Positions 1 to 8,718 of a DNA stretch of 64,000 bases are shown here, one piece after another (the first letter of the stretch is position 1; every line of letters starts with the position of its first letter). The notes beneath the pieces were generated by a model. The model did no database searches, was not told the origin of the DNA, and was given only the letters and a program-made list of their open reading frames with translations. The DNA lies in the sequence record KY555145.1, one strand, 5' to 3'. Both the position numbers and the translations under genes were made by a program.

Positions 1-242
1 GTCCGGCCTTTGTCCCCGGCTTGCTGGCGCCGCCGCGCCTTGCGGTTCATCGCCTCCCGTCCGTAGGTCATCTCGATCCCGGTCTGGAGGTCCTGGCGCG
101 TCAGCTTGCCGCTGGCGAGGGCTTGATCGAGCACCTCCACGGCCTCGGGCGGGTACTTCTCCCGCGCGGCCTTCAGATAGGCCGCCTTCTCCTCGGGGGA
201 TAGAGTTTCGACGGGGTCTTGTTCGGGGGTCGGCGCGGTCAT
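1..242 (-). CDS. hypothetical protein, runs off window start (MTAPTPEQDPVETLS...)
   Basis: ATG at 242 with GGAG RBS; open to the window edge; not in the ORF track. Confidence 0.6.
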   Translation of the reverse strand, partial: MTAPTPEQDPVETLSPEEKAAYLKAAREKYPPEAVEVLDQALASGKLTRQDLQTGIEMTYGREAMNRKARRRQQAGDKGR

Positions 243-300
243 GAAAATCTCCAGGCGCGGGAATGTCACCCCTGATGACACACCCAGCACGAGACGTAAA

Positions 301-333
301 GTGTTGACAGACGACACTCGCAGCCGGTATTGA
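301..333 (+). promoter_or_regulatory. sigma70-type promoter of the repeated phage family (no leader box)
   Basis: GTGTTGACA-N18-TATTGA upstream of 358. Confidence 0.65.
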
Positions 334-357
334 ACCTCCTGTACGGTAAGGGAAAAC

Positions 358-957
358 ATGATCGACGACGAGTCAGACTGGCAGGAAGGCGAGCTTTCGC
401 CGCCCCGCGCCCCGATCACCACCAAGGACCTGACGGCCGCCGCCCAGAGCGTCGCCGGCGGGCGCATGGCGGCGATGCGGGCGGCTGGAGAATCCCATCG
501 ACGCGATTTCCTGATCCTGCGTGGACCGCTGGGCGTTGTCCGGCTCTCGTTCGCGCATGTTCCGGTCCTCCAGGCGCTTTGGCGTGTCTGGGCTCGCAAG
601 CGGCTCCAGCGGATCGATGATCCCGGCGCCAATCTTGCAGAGATCGGAGCCGAGATGGGTTTGGAGGTCAGCGCGGTCCGCCCGGTGATCACCAGCCTGC
701 ACAAGAACCGACTGATCCGCACGCGCCGCAGCCACCACGGCTGGCAGGGCGTGCGGGCGACCTACTACCCGTCGGAGATCGCCGTCCAGGCCCTGGGCTT
801 GGCGGAGGTCCTCGGCCCTGGTCACGCCGTCCAGGTGGGGCGTAACGCCTCGGCCTGGGCGAGCCGCAGCCAGACCGAGCCCGGCAACCTGTTCCAACAC
901 GCCGCGCTGTTGCGGGGCGGGGCTCATGCCAGGGCCTACGATTCGGAGTATTCATGA
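358..957 (+). CDS. putative winged-helix DNA-binding protein
   Basis: LAEIGAEMGLEVSAVRPVITSLHKNRLIRTRR resembles a wHTH; GGAAA RBS. Confidence 0.5.
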   Translation: MIDDESDWQEGELSPPRAPITTKDLTAAAQSVAGGRMAAMRAAGESHRRDFLILRGPLGVVRLSFAHVPVLQALWRVWARKRLQRIDDPGANLAEIGAEMGLEVSAVRPVITSLHKNRLIRTRRSHHGWQGVRATYYPSEIAVQALGLAEVLGPGHAVQVGRNASAWASRSQTEPGNLFQHAALLRGGAHARAYDSEYS

Positions 958-958
958 A

Positions 959-1375
959 ATGCCGCAAACCGCGAAAGACCTCAAAGCCGCCGACGTCCAG
1001 CCCGCCGGGGCTAAGGGAAGCGCGCAGCCTGGAGGTGCTGAAGGGGCGACCTCCACGGGTGCGGTCCTTCTGAGCAAGGAGGCCATCGGCCAGATCGGGG
1101 AAGCCCTCGGCGGCCGGACCCATTGGCAGGCCTCGATCGCGCGTCGGGTCGGCGTCTCCAAGTCGCAGATCACCCGCTATCTCAATGGCGATCGCACGCC
1201 CAACACCGCCCTGGGCGACATCTTCATGGACCTGATCGTCGGGAACATCGAGGAACTGTCCGACCTCCTGAGCACGCCCGGCCTGCCCGAGGCCGAGGGC
1301 GCGGTGGTCGCCGAAGCCCAGCGCCACATCCAGCAAGCCGTGCAGTTGCTGCGCGACAAAATCCTGTATTCCTGA
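959..1375 (+). CDS. XRE/Cro-family HTH regulator
   Basis: QASIARRVGVSKSQITRYLNGDRTP HTH; ATG immediately after upstream stop. Confidence 0.75.
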   Translation: MPQTAKDLKAADVQPAGAKGSAQPGGAEGATSTGAVLLSKEAIGQIGEALGGRTHWQASIARRVGVSKSQITRYLNGDRTPNTALGDIFMDLIVGNIEELSDLLSTPGLPEAEGAVVAEAQRHIQQAVQLLRDKILYS

Positions 1376-1383
1376 GGTCCCGC

Positions 1384-1854
1384 ATGTCCCTGATTGAGAA
1401 GCTCAACAACGACGCCCTGGCCGCCCGCAAGGCGGCGATGCGCAAGGAAGCCGGCGGCGAGCACGCCGTTCTCCTGGCGACGGTCGCGGCGGACGCCGCC
1501 ATGATCGCCAAGAACGACCGCCAGAACCCCGGCCGCGACGTCACGGACGAGGACGTCGTCGCCACGCTGAAGAAGCACATCGGCGGCATCGACACCACCC
1601 TGGCGGAACTGACCAAGCGCGGCCGGTCCGAGGAGGAGCAGTCGCGCTTCATCGTCGAGCGCCGGCGCCTGGAGGCCTATCTGCCCCAGACCCTGTCGGG
1701 CGGCGATCTGACCGACGCGATCCACGCCACGGCCGCCAAGCTCGGCGTCGACCTGCACGTCAAGAGCACCAAGGCGATCGTCGCCGATCTGCAAGAGCAG
1801 TTCCCTGGCCAGATTGATTCTTCGGAAGTCGCGCGCTATCTTAAGAACGTCTGA
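1384..1854 (+). CDS. YqeY/GatB-C domain protein
   Basis: MSL.EKL..D...A.K, DEDVVATLKK and LEAYLPQ.LS pattern of YqeY family; GAGG RBS. Confidence 0.75.
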   Translation: MSLIEKLNNDALAARKAAMRKEAGGEHAVLLATVAADAAMIAKNDRQNPGRDVTDEDVVATLKKHIGGIDTTLAELTKRGRSEEEQSRFIVERRRLEAYLPQTLSGGDLTDAIHATAAKLGVDLHVKSTKAIVADLQEQFPGQIDSSEVARYLKNV

Positions 1855-1881
1855 TCCCAGACGAAATCCCAGTCAGAACTT

Positions 1882-1912
1882 AAAAGGCCCCGGAGCGATC
1901 CGGGGCCTTTTT
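1882..1912. terminator. bidirectional intrinsic terminator between convergent blocks
   Basis: AAAAGGCCCCGG-AGCGAT-CCGGGGCCTTTTT. Confidence 0.85.
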
Positions 1913-1932
1913 CTATTGGTGGACGGGGCGCC

Positions 1933-2994
1933 TCACGCCGCTTCCGTCTCGGGACCATCCTTGATCCAGGCCGCGTAGAGGTCTTCCAGGACCTTGACGC
2001 GCGCCGGGTCCATGTCGGACGGATCGCGGATGCCTTCGAAGACCCCATGGCGCGGCAGGTCGTAGTCGCCAGCCAGGGCGTAGCTCATCTTGATGAACTT
2101 CCCCAGCGGCGGGTTGTCATAGAATTCCGCCTTCTGCTTGGCGTTGAGCCCCGAGGCGACCCTGGCGACCTTGCCGGGCCATTCAGGGAAGATGACCAGC
2201 AGGCCGCCGGCGATGCCCTTGCCGACCTTGCCCGCCTTGTGGGTCGAGCGCTTGGTGTAGCCGCGCTCGTCGAGCGTGGCCTCGTTGGTGTTGGCCTTCT
2301 CCTCGTAGCGCCCGACGCAGACGCCCTCCAGGTCGGCCTTGTCCTTGGCCTTGACGTTGAACCCCTCCAGCACGGTCGAGCGGCCGGGCTTGTAGGGGCC
2401 GTCGATCGCGCAGAAGATCAGCCCCTCGTCGTCGTTCTCCAAGGCCTCGTAGAACATCGCCACGGCCTGCTCGGCGGTTTCGAGCAGGCGCTGCTCCAGG
2501 ACGATGACCCAGGGCGGCAGGTCCCCTTCCAGCGCCTTGAGGGCGGCGAGACGCTCGGCCTTGCCGCCCGGCGCCAGGAAGTGCTCGAAGACGTAGTAGC
2601 GGATGTCCGGCTCGCCCTCCTGGGTCATGACCGCCGAGGTCGAGCCCCGGAAGTTCAGCTTGCCGTCGGTCAGGATGCCGATTTCGCCATCCAGGCCGTG
2701 CGGCAGGGTCGACAGGAGCCGGCGCACGTGGTGATTGGGGATGTACTTGAGCGAGCGAGTGATCCCGTGTCCGATCTCATCGACCTCGGTCGTCACCCAG
2801 CCCTGCTCCGTATGGATCAGCGCCGCCTCGATCTTGTCGGGATGCACCGGAGAGACGCTGGCCCGCACCCCGTCTTTCTTGAACGAGGCATAGCACGGGA
2901 ATTTGATCCGCGCGGCGAACTCGCTCGGCTTGACCGAGTCGGTGTCGGCCAGGGCGATGCGGAATCGCTTGTAGGGCTTGAACGGCTTGCTCAT
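1933..2994 (-). CDS. lig: ATP-dependent DNA ligase
   Basis: KKDGVR (KxDG adenylation motif), LDGEI, YYVFE, EGLI, K.K motif V and C-terminal OB fold; start at MSKPF. Confidence 0.9.
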   Translation of the reverse strand: MSKPFKPYKRFRIALADTDSVKPSEFAARIKFPCYASFKKDGVRASVSPVHPDKIEAALIHTEQGWVTTEVDEIGHGITRSLKYIPNHHVRRLLSTLPHGLDGEIGILTDGKLNFRGSTSAVMTQEGEPDIRYYVFEHFLAPGGKAERLAALKALEGDLPPWVIVLEQRLLETAEQAVAMFYEALENDDEGLIFCAIDGPYKPGRSTVLEGFNVKAKDKADLEGVCVGRYEEKANTNEATLDERGYTKRSTHKAGKVGKGIAGGLLVIFPEWPGKVARVASGLNAKQKAEFYDNPPLGKFIKMSYALAGDYDLPRHGVFEGIRDPSDMDPARVKVLEDLYAAWIKDGPETEAA

Positions 2995-3443
2995 CTCAAC
3001 TTTCCCTCGATCAGTTTGAGGCCGGGCTGATCCCGGTTCATTTGGTAGACGGCGTAGCGATCGCCATTGAACTCGACGCTGTAGACGGTCATGTCGGCGT
3101 TGAGGCACTGCATCCACATGTTCCGCGTGCCCGGCCCGCCAGGGAAGGCCACGCAGACATCGGCCCCGCTCTCCACGCGCATCCGGGTGTTGCGGTTCTT
3201 CGGCGCGTCGTCGCCTTCGCCGTCCAGGGCCGGATCGACGGGATAGACCTCGATGCCAAAGCCCCATTTCTCGGCCCAGGCGCGGCAGAGCCGGTCATAG
3301 CCCTCGGCGTCGCCGTCGACCCAGACCATGTCGCGCGGCCAGCGAAGCATCGACACCAGGGCCGAAAGTACCAGTCGCGGGGCCTGCTCGACGACCCCGA
3401 CCCGGCCGCCGCAGACCACCGCCTTGAACGGATCAGGCTTCAT
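2991..3443 (-). CDS. SLOG-fold DUF2493/YspA-like protein
   Basis: VVCGGR, DGDAEGYDRL, RNTRM, VAFPGGPGTRNM. Confidence 0.75.
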   Translation of the reverse strand: MKPDPFKAVVCGGRVGVVEQAPRLVLSALVSMLRWPRDMVWVDGDAEGYDRLCRAWAEKWGFGIEVYPVDPALDGEGDDAPKNRNTRMRVESGADVCVAFPGGPGTRNMWMQCLNADMTVYSVEFNGDRYAVYQMNRDQPGLKLIEGKLR

Positions 3444-4926
3444 CGCCGAAAATCTCCGGATCGAGCACGTCTTCCTCCATGTCGATGAACCCCTGTAGCG
3501 GCTGGCGCGGCTCGACGCGCCTGTTCTCCAGCATGATCTCGTCATGCACCCGCATCTGCGGGATGTAGTCGTACTCGAAGCGCCGCTGCCGGAGGCCGAG
3601 CGCGTCGAGGCTCATGTGCCGGCCGTGATGGCGCTGGGCGTCGGACAGGAATTCCTGATAGGCGGCCCGCGTCGAGGTGGCATGGCGGGCGGCGTCGGAC
3701 AGCGCGGCGGTCAGGGGCTTGAACGAGGTGGCCCCGTCGCTCATCTCGGTGATGGTGTCGAAGAAGGGCTCCAGGTCCGCCACCCCGCGCGGGCCGATCC
3801 CCAGCCATCCCGCCAGTCGTTCAGGCTTGACGTCGTAGCACGAGCCGTCGATCGCCCAGGCGCCCTCCTTGGGGTCCCAGGTCCAGGGCGCGTCGTTCAT
3901 CGTCGCCAACACCCCGAAGGCGTCGCAGCGGTCCTTGCCGTCGCGCAGCACCCCGTAGCCGAACTTGGCCTTGCCAAGCATCGTGGTCCATTCGAGCAAC
4001 ACCGTCGGCTCGATGTTCAGCGCCGAAAGATGCCGGGCCAGACGGCGCGTGTTGGCGGAGGCCGGCGAGGAAATGCCCAGCACGTCGTGCTCGAAGATCG
4101 CCCAGTCCTCGTAGTCGGCGAACCGGCAATGTTCGGGATAGTCCTCGAACACGCGGTCGCGGTCGTATTTCGGGTCGTAGATGTCGCGGAAGTCATAGTG
4201 CCGCCCGCCACCGCGAATCAAGGTGGGGTTCGTGTTGAGCCTCAGGGCGTAGCCGAGTTCGATGTAGCGATTTTGGCGCTCGGCCGCGCGCCCCAGCGTC
4301 GAGGAATCAGGCATCCAGCATCCGGTCCACTCCCCTTCCGGCCCCCAGATGAACAACTGCGCGATCTCCGGGCGGATGTTGCGCAGGTGCGGCTCGGTGG
4401 GCGGCAAGTAATAGGCCAGATCACCGATCTTGACCCGCATGCTCTGGACGTGATGCTCGTAGCGGCGCACGGCGTCGTTATAGCGACCGCCTGAAAAAGG
4501 CTCGATCATCCTGGTCGCCATCGCGTAGTCCTTACTCATCAGCCAGTCCATGGCTTGCTTCTGATAGGGGTAGGGCTGAAAGGCCTTGACCATCTTCTGG
4601 CTTATGACCGTCTCGGACTTCAGTATCTGGGCCATGGTCTCCTGGAGGCGCGACTTGCCGGCTTGCCGGGGCGCGACGAGGAGGTCTCCCAGGCCCAGGG
4701 TGGTGTCCTCGATGATCTTGAGGTCGTTCCAGGACGTCGCGTGCGTGGTGACGCTCCCCACGGGCGAGGCGGGGTCGACCCCGAGGATCATCTTGCCGAT
4801 CTTGTGGTCGAACGCCGCCACGATCTGCTCGATCTTCGAGAGCGGCGCGGTGTCGTCGAGCGGATAGGCCACGTCGAGCGTGCTCGACGGCAGCGGCGGC
4901 TTGGCGTAGGCTTCCCGCAGCTTCAT
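3433..4926 (-). CDS. large hypothetical protein with isolated P-loop-like and VHDE motifs (start uncertain)
   Basis: long ORF with GC3-rich codons; APRQAGKS, FQPYPYQKQAMDWL, RVHDEIMLE; first ATG outside the DUF1643 gene is at 4926. Confidence 0.6.
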   Translation of the reverse strand: MKLREAYAKPPLPSSTLDVAYPLDDTAPLSKIEQIVAAFDHKIGKMILGVDPASPVGSVTTHATSWNDLKIIEDTTLGLGDLLVAPRQAGKSRLQETMAQILKSETVISQKMVKAFQPYPYQKQAMDWLMSKDYAMATRMIEPFSGGRYNDAVRRYEHHVQSMRVKIGDLAYYLPPTEPHLRNIRPEIAQLFIWGPEGEWTGCWMPDSSTLGRAAERQNRYIELGYALRLNTNPTLIRGGGRHYDFRDIYDPKYDRDRVFEDYPEHCRFADYEDWAIFEHDVLGISSPASANTRRLARHLSALNIEPTVLLEWTTMLGKAKFGYGVLRDGKDRCDAFGVLATMNDAPWTWDPKEGAWAIDGSCYDVKPERLAGWLGIGPRGVADLEPFFDTITEMSDGATSFKPLTAALSDAARHATSTRAAYQEFLSDAQRHHGRHMSLDALGLRQRRFEYDYIPQMRVHDEIMLENRRVEPRQPLQGFIDMEEDVLDPEIFGDEA

Positions 4927-5032
4927 GAGCGCGTCGGCCGCCTTGCCGGTTGGGGCGATGACCTGGGCGATCGCCGTTTCCGGCGGACGGGCGGTCTTGC
5001 CGCCCAGGCCCAGATTGCTCAGGAAGGCCGGC

Positions 5033-5639
5033 TCAGGCGGAACGGAGGGGGACGACAGGCTGATCACCTCGGAGATAGAGGGGATGGCGCGGGTGGCCGT
5101 CCTTGGACTTCCCGAGGCACTTGACCTCGACCCCGGTGATTTCCGCCTGTTGGACCGCGCCATAATCCTGATCCTTGAACTCTCCATGCACGCCCCAGGC
5201 GGCGATCACGTCGGCGCCGGCGGTCATGGCATATTCGAACACGTGCTGGAGGACGCGGGCGTTCATCGGCCCGATCGGGTCCTCGGCGGCCTTCATCTCC
5301 GCCGGCGAGGGCGAGCGGAAGGCGAAGAGGGCGAGCAAAGCCCATGCAGCGCCGGATCGTCGGATCGTCCAGCCGCGCCGTCGCGGTCGACGGGTTCAGC
5401 ATCAGGAAGATCAGCAGCGGCTTGCCAGGGTCCCAGACCCGCATGAGGAGATAGCGGAAGGTCTCGCACCGCGACAGCAGGGCGGCTTTGATCACGCCAT
5501 CCTCCACCACCGCGTCGCCGTAGACGTCGGTCAGGTCGGGATCGAACACGGCCTCCAGCGAGGTTCCATCCAGGACCTGGAGCAGGCCCTTCCAGGTGGC
5601 TTCCACCGCCTCGGCGGTGATCTGGGGTGCTGTCGTCAT
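5033..5639 (-). pseudogene. DUF1643 family protein split by a deletion/frameshift at ~5330
   Basis: N-half (SRCETFRYLL..MLNPSTA..DDPTIRRCMGFAR) and C-half (LFAFRS..DPIGP.N..AAWG..HPRHPLY) are in different frames and the usual connecting segment is absent. Confidence 0.8.
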
Positions 5640-5686
5640 TCCTGACATTTGCCCTGAAATACCAGGGTCTGTCAACGCTTGAAATC

Positions 5687-5716
5687 AAAAGGGCCGCCCC
5701 AGCGGGACGGCCCTTT
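5687..5716. terminator. intrinsic terminator
   Basis: AAAAGGGCCGCCCC-AGC-GGGACGGCCCTTT hairpin, T-tract on minus strand. Confidence 0.75.
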
Positions 5717-5937
5717 CTCGATCTTGTCGAACTTCGCCGATCCGAAACCGGGGCTTCCCGGCGACCGCCTCGGAGTTCGACCTTGTAGCGCCTCTAACGC
5801 TTGCCCCGCGTCGCGGCTTGGGAGCACCGAGCCTTGACGCTGATCTAGTGGGCGGCAGGTGATCGCGGCGGTCATTGCCTCCTTCAAGGGCGAGGCCCTC
5901 TCATGCCCGCGCAGCTTAGGCGGCGGCGCGGATCACG

Positions 5938-6321
5938 TCAATCCCCCGGATAGCTGGCGCAGACCTCGCGCAGGATAGAGCGCAGCGGCTCGCCCGGCAC
6001 CGCCAGGGGCTTGAGCTTGCGGCTCTCGTCCCAGGCCATGGCGTTGGCGTGCAGAAGCCAGAGCACGAAGGCGCGCAGGTCCTTGACCCCGTCGGGCAGC
6101 GGGATGCCGCGCGCGGTGGGGACGTGGAAGACCCGCCCATCATCCGTGTACGCGAGAACCTCGTCGAGCACCGTGGCCCGCTTCTTAGCTTCGGCGAGGA
6201 CAGCGACACCCTTCTGGAACTCACTGACCTGGATGAGCGCCCGGCGCTCCTTAGGGAAGTGGGTCTTGGTCCACCAGGAGGGCTTGCTGTTTGAGGACAC
6301 GGTTACGCTCCAGGAGGGCAC
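5938..6321 (-). CDS. hypothetical protein (start uncertain)
   Basis: phage-like codon usage over 5938-6240. Confidence 0.5.
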   Translation of the reverse strand: MPSWSVTVSSNSKPSWWTKTHFPKERRALIQVSEFQKGVAVLAEAKKRATVLDEVLAYTDDGRVFHVPTARGIPLPDGVKDLRAFVLWLLHANAMAWDESRKLKPLAVPGEPLRSILREVCASYPGD

Positions 6322-6514
6322 GCAGCGAGGGGATGTTGCCGTCCGCCATCTGGTAGAGGCGGACGAACTCGTCGTAGTCGTACTCGTTGATGAGGTCCCG
6401 CATCGCCTGCGGGAGCTTGTCGATGGTCTTGAAGAGCCGGCGCCGATAGCGCTGGGCCTCCATGCGCCGGCGGATGGCGGCGTGGCGCGTCTTGGCCGCC
6501 CGAACGCGCCGCAT
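6251..6514 (-). CDS. basic hypothetical protein (MRRVRAAKTRH...)
   Basis: TGATG overlap with upstream gene. Confidence 0.6.
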   Translation of the reverse strand: MRRVRAAKTRHAAIRRRMEAQRYRRRLFKTIDKLPQAMRDLINEYDYDEFVRLYQMADGNIPSLRALLERNRVLKQQALLVDQDPLP

Positions 6515-7023
6515 CAGGCCGCCGGGGCGATCCAGTCCTCGCGGTCGTCGGCGTAGAGCACCGCCGCCAGCTTCCCCGTGCCGATGTCGCACTTGGCCGC
6601 CGCCTCGACCGCCTGGGGCGCGGTGGCCCCCATATGGAGCGCGCCCAAGGCCGACCACGTGCCCGAGCCGAAGGCGTAGAACGGCGCGCGCATGGTGTAG
6701 GCCGGCGCGCCGCTCTCGAACCGCAGGCAGAGACCGTCGGGCAGGATGATGTAGCCGTTGGTCTCCTTGTCCGGCTTCTCGGGACGCCCCATGTCGCAGT
6801 AGGCGTCGCGCCCGCCGCTGGCCAGCCACTCGTCGAAGGCCGGCGAGCGCACCCAGTCGTTGAAGATTTGGACGTAGGCCGATTCGCCCGCCGCGCCGAA
6901 CAGCAGCGTGCCGCCGGGACCCTTGCGCTTGCCGATCTTCTGGACATTCCCGCAGGGCGTCCAGAGGTCGAGAACCCGAGCATCAGCGGCCAGCACGCCG
7001 TCGCGATAGACGATACACGTCAT
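6514..7023 (-). CDS. Ntn-hydrolase, proteasome-beta/HslV-like peptidase
   Basis: N-terminal MTCIV..DGVLAAD (Thr nucleophile), KI, GAAG, AFGSG...ALGAL..GATA..AVEAAAKCD..TG. Confidence 0.75.
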   Translation of the reverse strand: MTCIVYRDGVLAADARVLDLWTPCGNVQKIGKRKGPGGTLLFGAAGESAYVQIFNDWVRSPAFDEWLASGGRDAYCDMGRPEKPDKETNGYIILPDGLCLRFESGAPAYTMRAPFYAFGSGTWSALGALHMGATAPQAVEAAAKCDIGTGKLAAVLYADDREDWIAPAA

Positions 7024-7053
7024 ACGTCCAAACTCCTCAAAAGCAACTTCAGA

Positions 7054-7746
7054 TCAGCGCGGGGCTTGCGGCAGGCGCTTGGCCGCCGGGTTCCGGGCCG
7101 AGCCCGTGGTCGGACCCGCCAGACGCCCAACCTTCTCGGCCTTGAAGCCCTCGGGGCGCAGGGGCGTGCGCGACTTGCCCGACGCAGCGGACCGCTCCTT
7201 GACGAGGTCATCGCCGCCCTGGGTCTGGGGCGTGGCGCCCTTGATCACGCCGCCCTTGCGGTTGACGTTCGGGGCGTTGACCGACTGGACCTGCCCGTTG
7301 GCGCCGGCCGCGATCTGACGCGTCGTCAGATCGACCAGGGCGTCGGCGAAGGCCGACAGCAGGGCCAGGGCGGAGTCCTCGACCGGCTTGGCCGAGACGC
7401 CGGTGAAGCCGGTGTCCTCGTGCTTGGCCTTGCCGCTGATCCGCACCGAGATCAGCCGGGTCTTCTTGTTGCGGAACAGGCCCGAGACCTCCTCGCGGGT
7501 CGAGACGTCGACGCGGGCGCCGGGCGCGACCGTTTCCAGAAGGCCCAGGGTGGCGTAGTAGCTGTTGACGAAATTGAGGGCCGAGCCCTTGGGATGGCCG
7601 ACGGCGGCGGCGATCTTGGCGAAGCCGTTGTCGATCACGGTGCTGGCGAGGCTGGTCGGATAGGACTCGGTCAGCAGGTTGTTGACCTGGGTCTTCAGGG
7701 TCTTCAGTTGGTTGATGTCCAGGGTGAGGGCGCGCTTGGCGACCAT
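7054..7746 (-). CDS. hypothetical protein with basic disordered C-terminus
   Basis: GGAG RBS; 230 aa ORF. Confidence 0.7.
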   Translation of the reverse strand: MVAKRALTLDINQLKTLKTQVNNLLTESYPTSLASTVIDNGFAKIAAAVGHPKGSALNFVNSYYATLGLLETVAPGARVDVSTREEVSGLFRNKKTRLISVRISGKAKHEDTGFTGVSAKPVEDSALALLSAFADALVDLTTRQIAAGANGQVQSVNAPNVNRKGGVIKGATPQTQGGDDLVKERSAASGKSRTPLRPEGFKAEKVGRLAGPTTGSARNPAAKRLPQAPR

Positions 7747-7756
7747 GGTCTTTCTC

Positions 7757-8293
7757 CTAGTCCTGCTCGTCGATCTGGCGAGCGCGTTGAGTGTTGCCGT
7801 GGCGATAATCGTTCCAGTGGTCCATCTTGACGAACTTCCCGCCCACCGTGCGTTGGACGAAAATCCCGTCCGGGGAGACCAGCCCGTATTTCTCGTCCGC
7901 CTCGTTGATCATGCGGAAGAACTCCGCCTGCCAGGGGATCGGCATCTCCTGGAGCGACACGCGCGGCAGGCAGAGCCAGGAGGCGTAGGAGAGCCCGAAG
8001 AAGTAGCTCGACGGGGTGTCGTGCAGCGGCACGTCGCCGGCGTAGTGCGTCACGTGTCCGGTCTTAGGATCGCGCGTCGAATGGCTCCAGGCGGCCCAGA
8101 GGTCGCGGCGGCTGGCCTCGGCGTCGGCCTGACCCCGGATGATCGCCTGGACGTCGGGCGTATAGCCCGAGAAGGCGGTGGTGTCGTTCTCGTCCAGGCA
8201 GTCAGCCAGGGCCGCGCGCAGGGCCGATCGCAGCTTGTCCTCGGTCAAGGTCGCGTCGGAGGCGATCTGGGCGATACGGTCGCGGAAGGTCAT
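7757..8293 (-). CDS. hypothetical protein (MTFRDRIAQ...)
   Basis: ATGA overlap with upstream gene. Confidence 0.65.
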   Translation of the reverse strand: MTFRDRIAQIASDATLTEDKLRSALRAALADCLDENDTTAFSGYTPDVQAIIRGQADAEASRRDLWAAWSHSTRDPKTGHVTHYAGDVPLHDTPSSYFFGLSYASWLCLPRVSLQEMPIPWQAEFFRMINEADEKYGLVSPDGIFVQRTVGGKFVKMDHWNDYRHGNTQRARQIDEQD

Positions 8294-8718
8294 TGGCAGA
8301 CGTCCTTGGCGTCGCGCGCGGTCACGGGCGACATGTAGGTGTCGGGGTCCCAGGCGCCGGGCGTGCTGCCGCCGTAGATATAATCGCCCGGCGCGGGCGG
8401 CGTCATCGACCCGCCGTTGCTGGCGACCTTGCCCGGATTGGCGTAGGCCGAGAGCCACAGGCGCCCGTCGCTGCCTCGCAGAACGAATTGGCCGTTCTGG
8501 CGGCAGACGCGGGCGATGGTCATGCGCCATGCGTAGTTGAGCTTGGCCTTCTTGGCGGCCTCGTCCCGCAACCACTGTTCATGCCCCAGGCGCGCCCAGC
8601 GCGCCTTCTTGGCCACGAGGTCCTTGTGCTCCTGCGACCAGAGAGGGTGGTTGTACTCGTCGCACGCCGAGAGGCTGATCCCGGCGACGACAAGCAGGAG
8701 GAGAGCGCCGCGCCGCAT
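8290..8718 (-). CDS. putative lipoprotein
   Basis: MRRGALLLLVVAGISLSAC signal peptide with lipobox. Confidence 0.7.
   Translation of the reverse strand: MRRGALLLLVVAGISLSACDEYNHPLWSQEHKDLVAKKARWARLGHEQWLRDEAAKKAKLNYAWRMTIARVCRQNGQFVLRGSDGRLWLSAYANPGKVASNGGSMTPPAPGDYIYGGSTPGAWDPDTYMSPVTARDAKDVCQ

Noticed and set aside
4650-4680. Calling the 3433-4926 ORF a terminase or helicase
   Set aside because: Motif order is reversed and no Walker B or nuclease domain is recognisable
5916-5946. GGGGATTGAC...VIRAAA-stop resembling a tmRNA tag
   Set aside because: No tRNA-like acceptor or T-arm with CCA end could be identified; it overlaps the stop of the upstream gene
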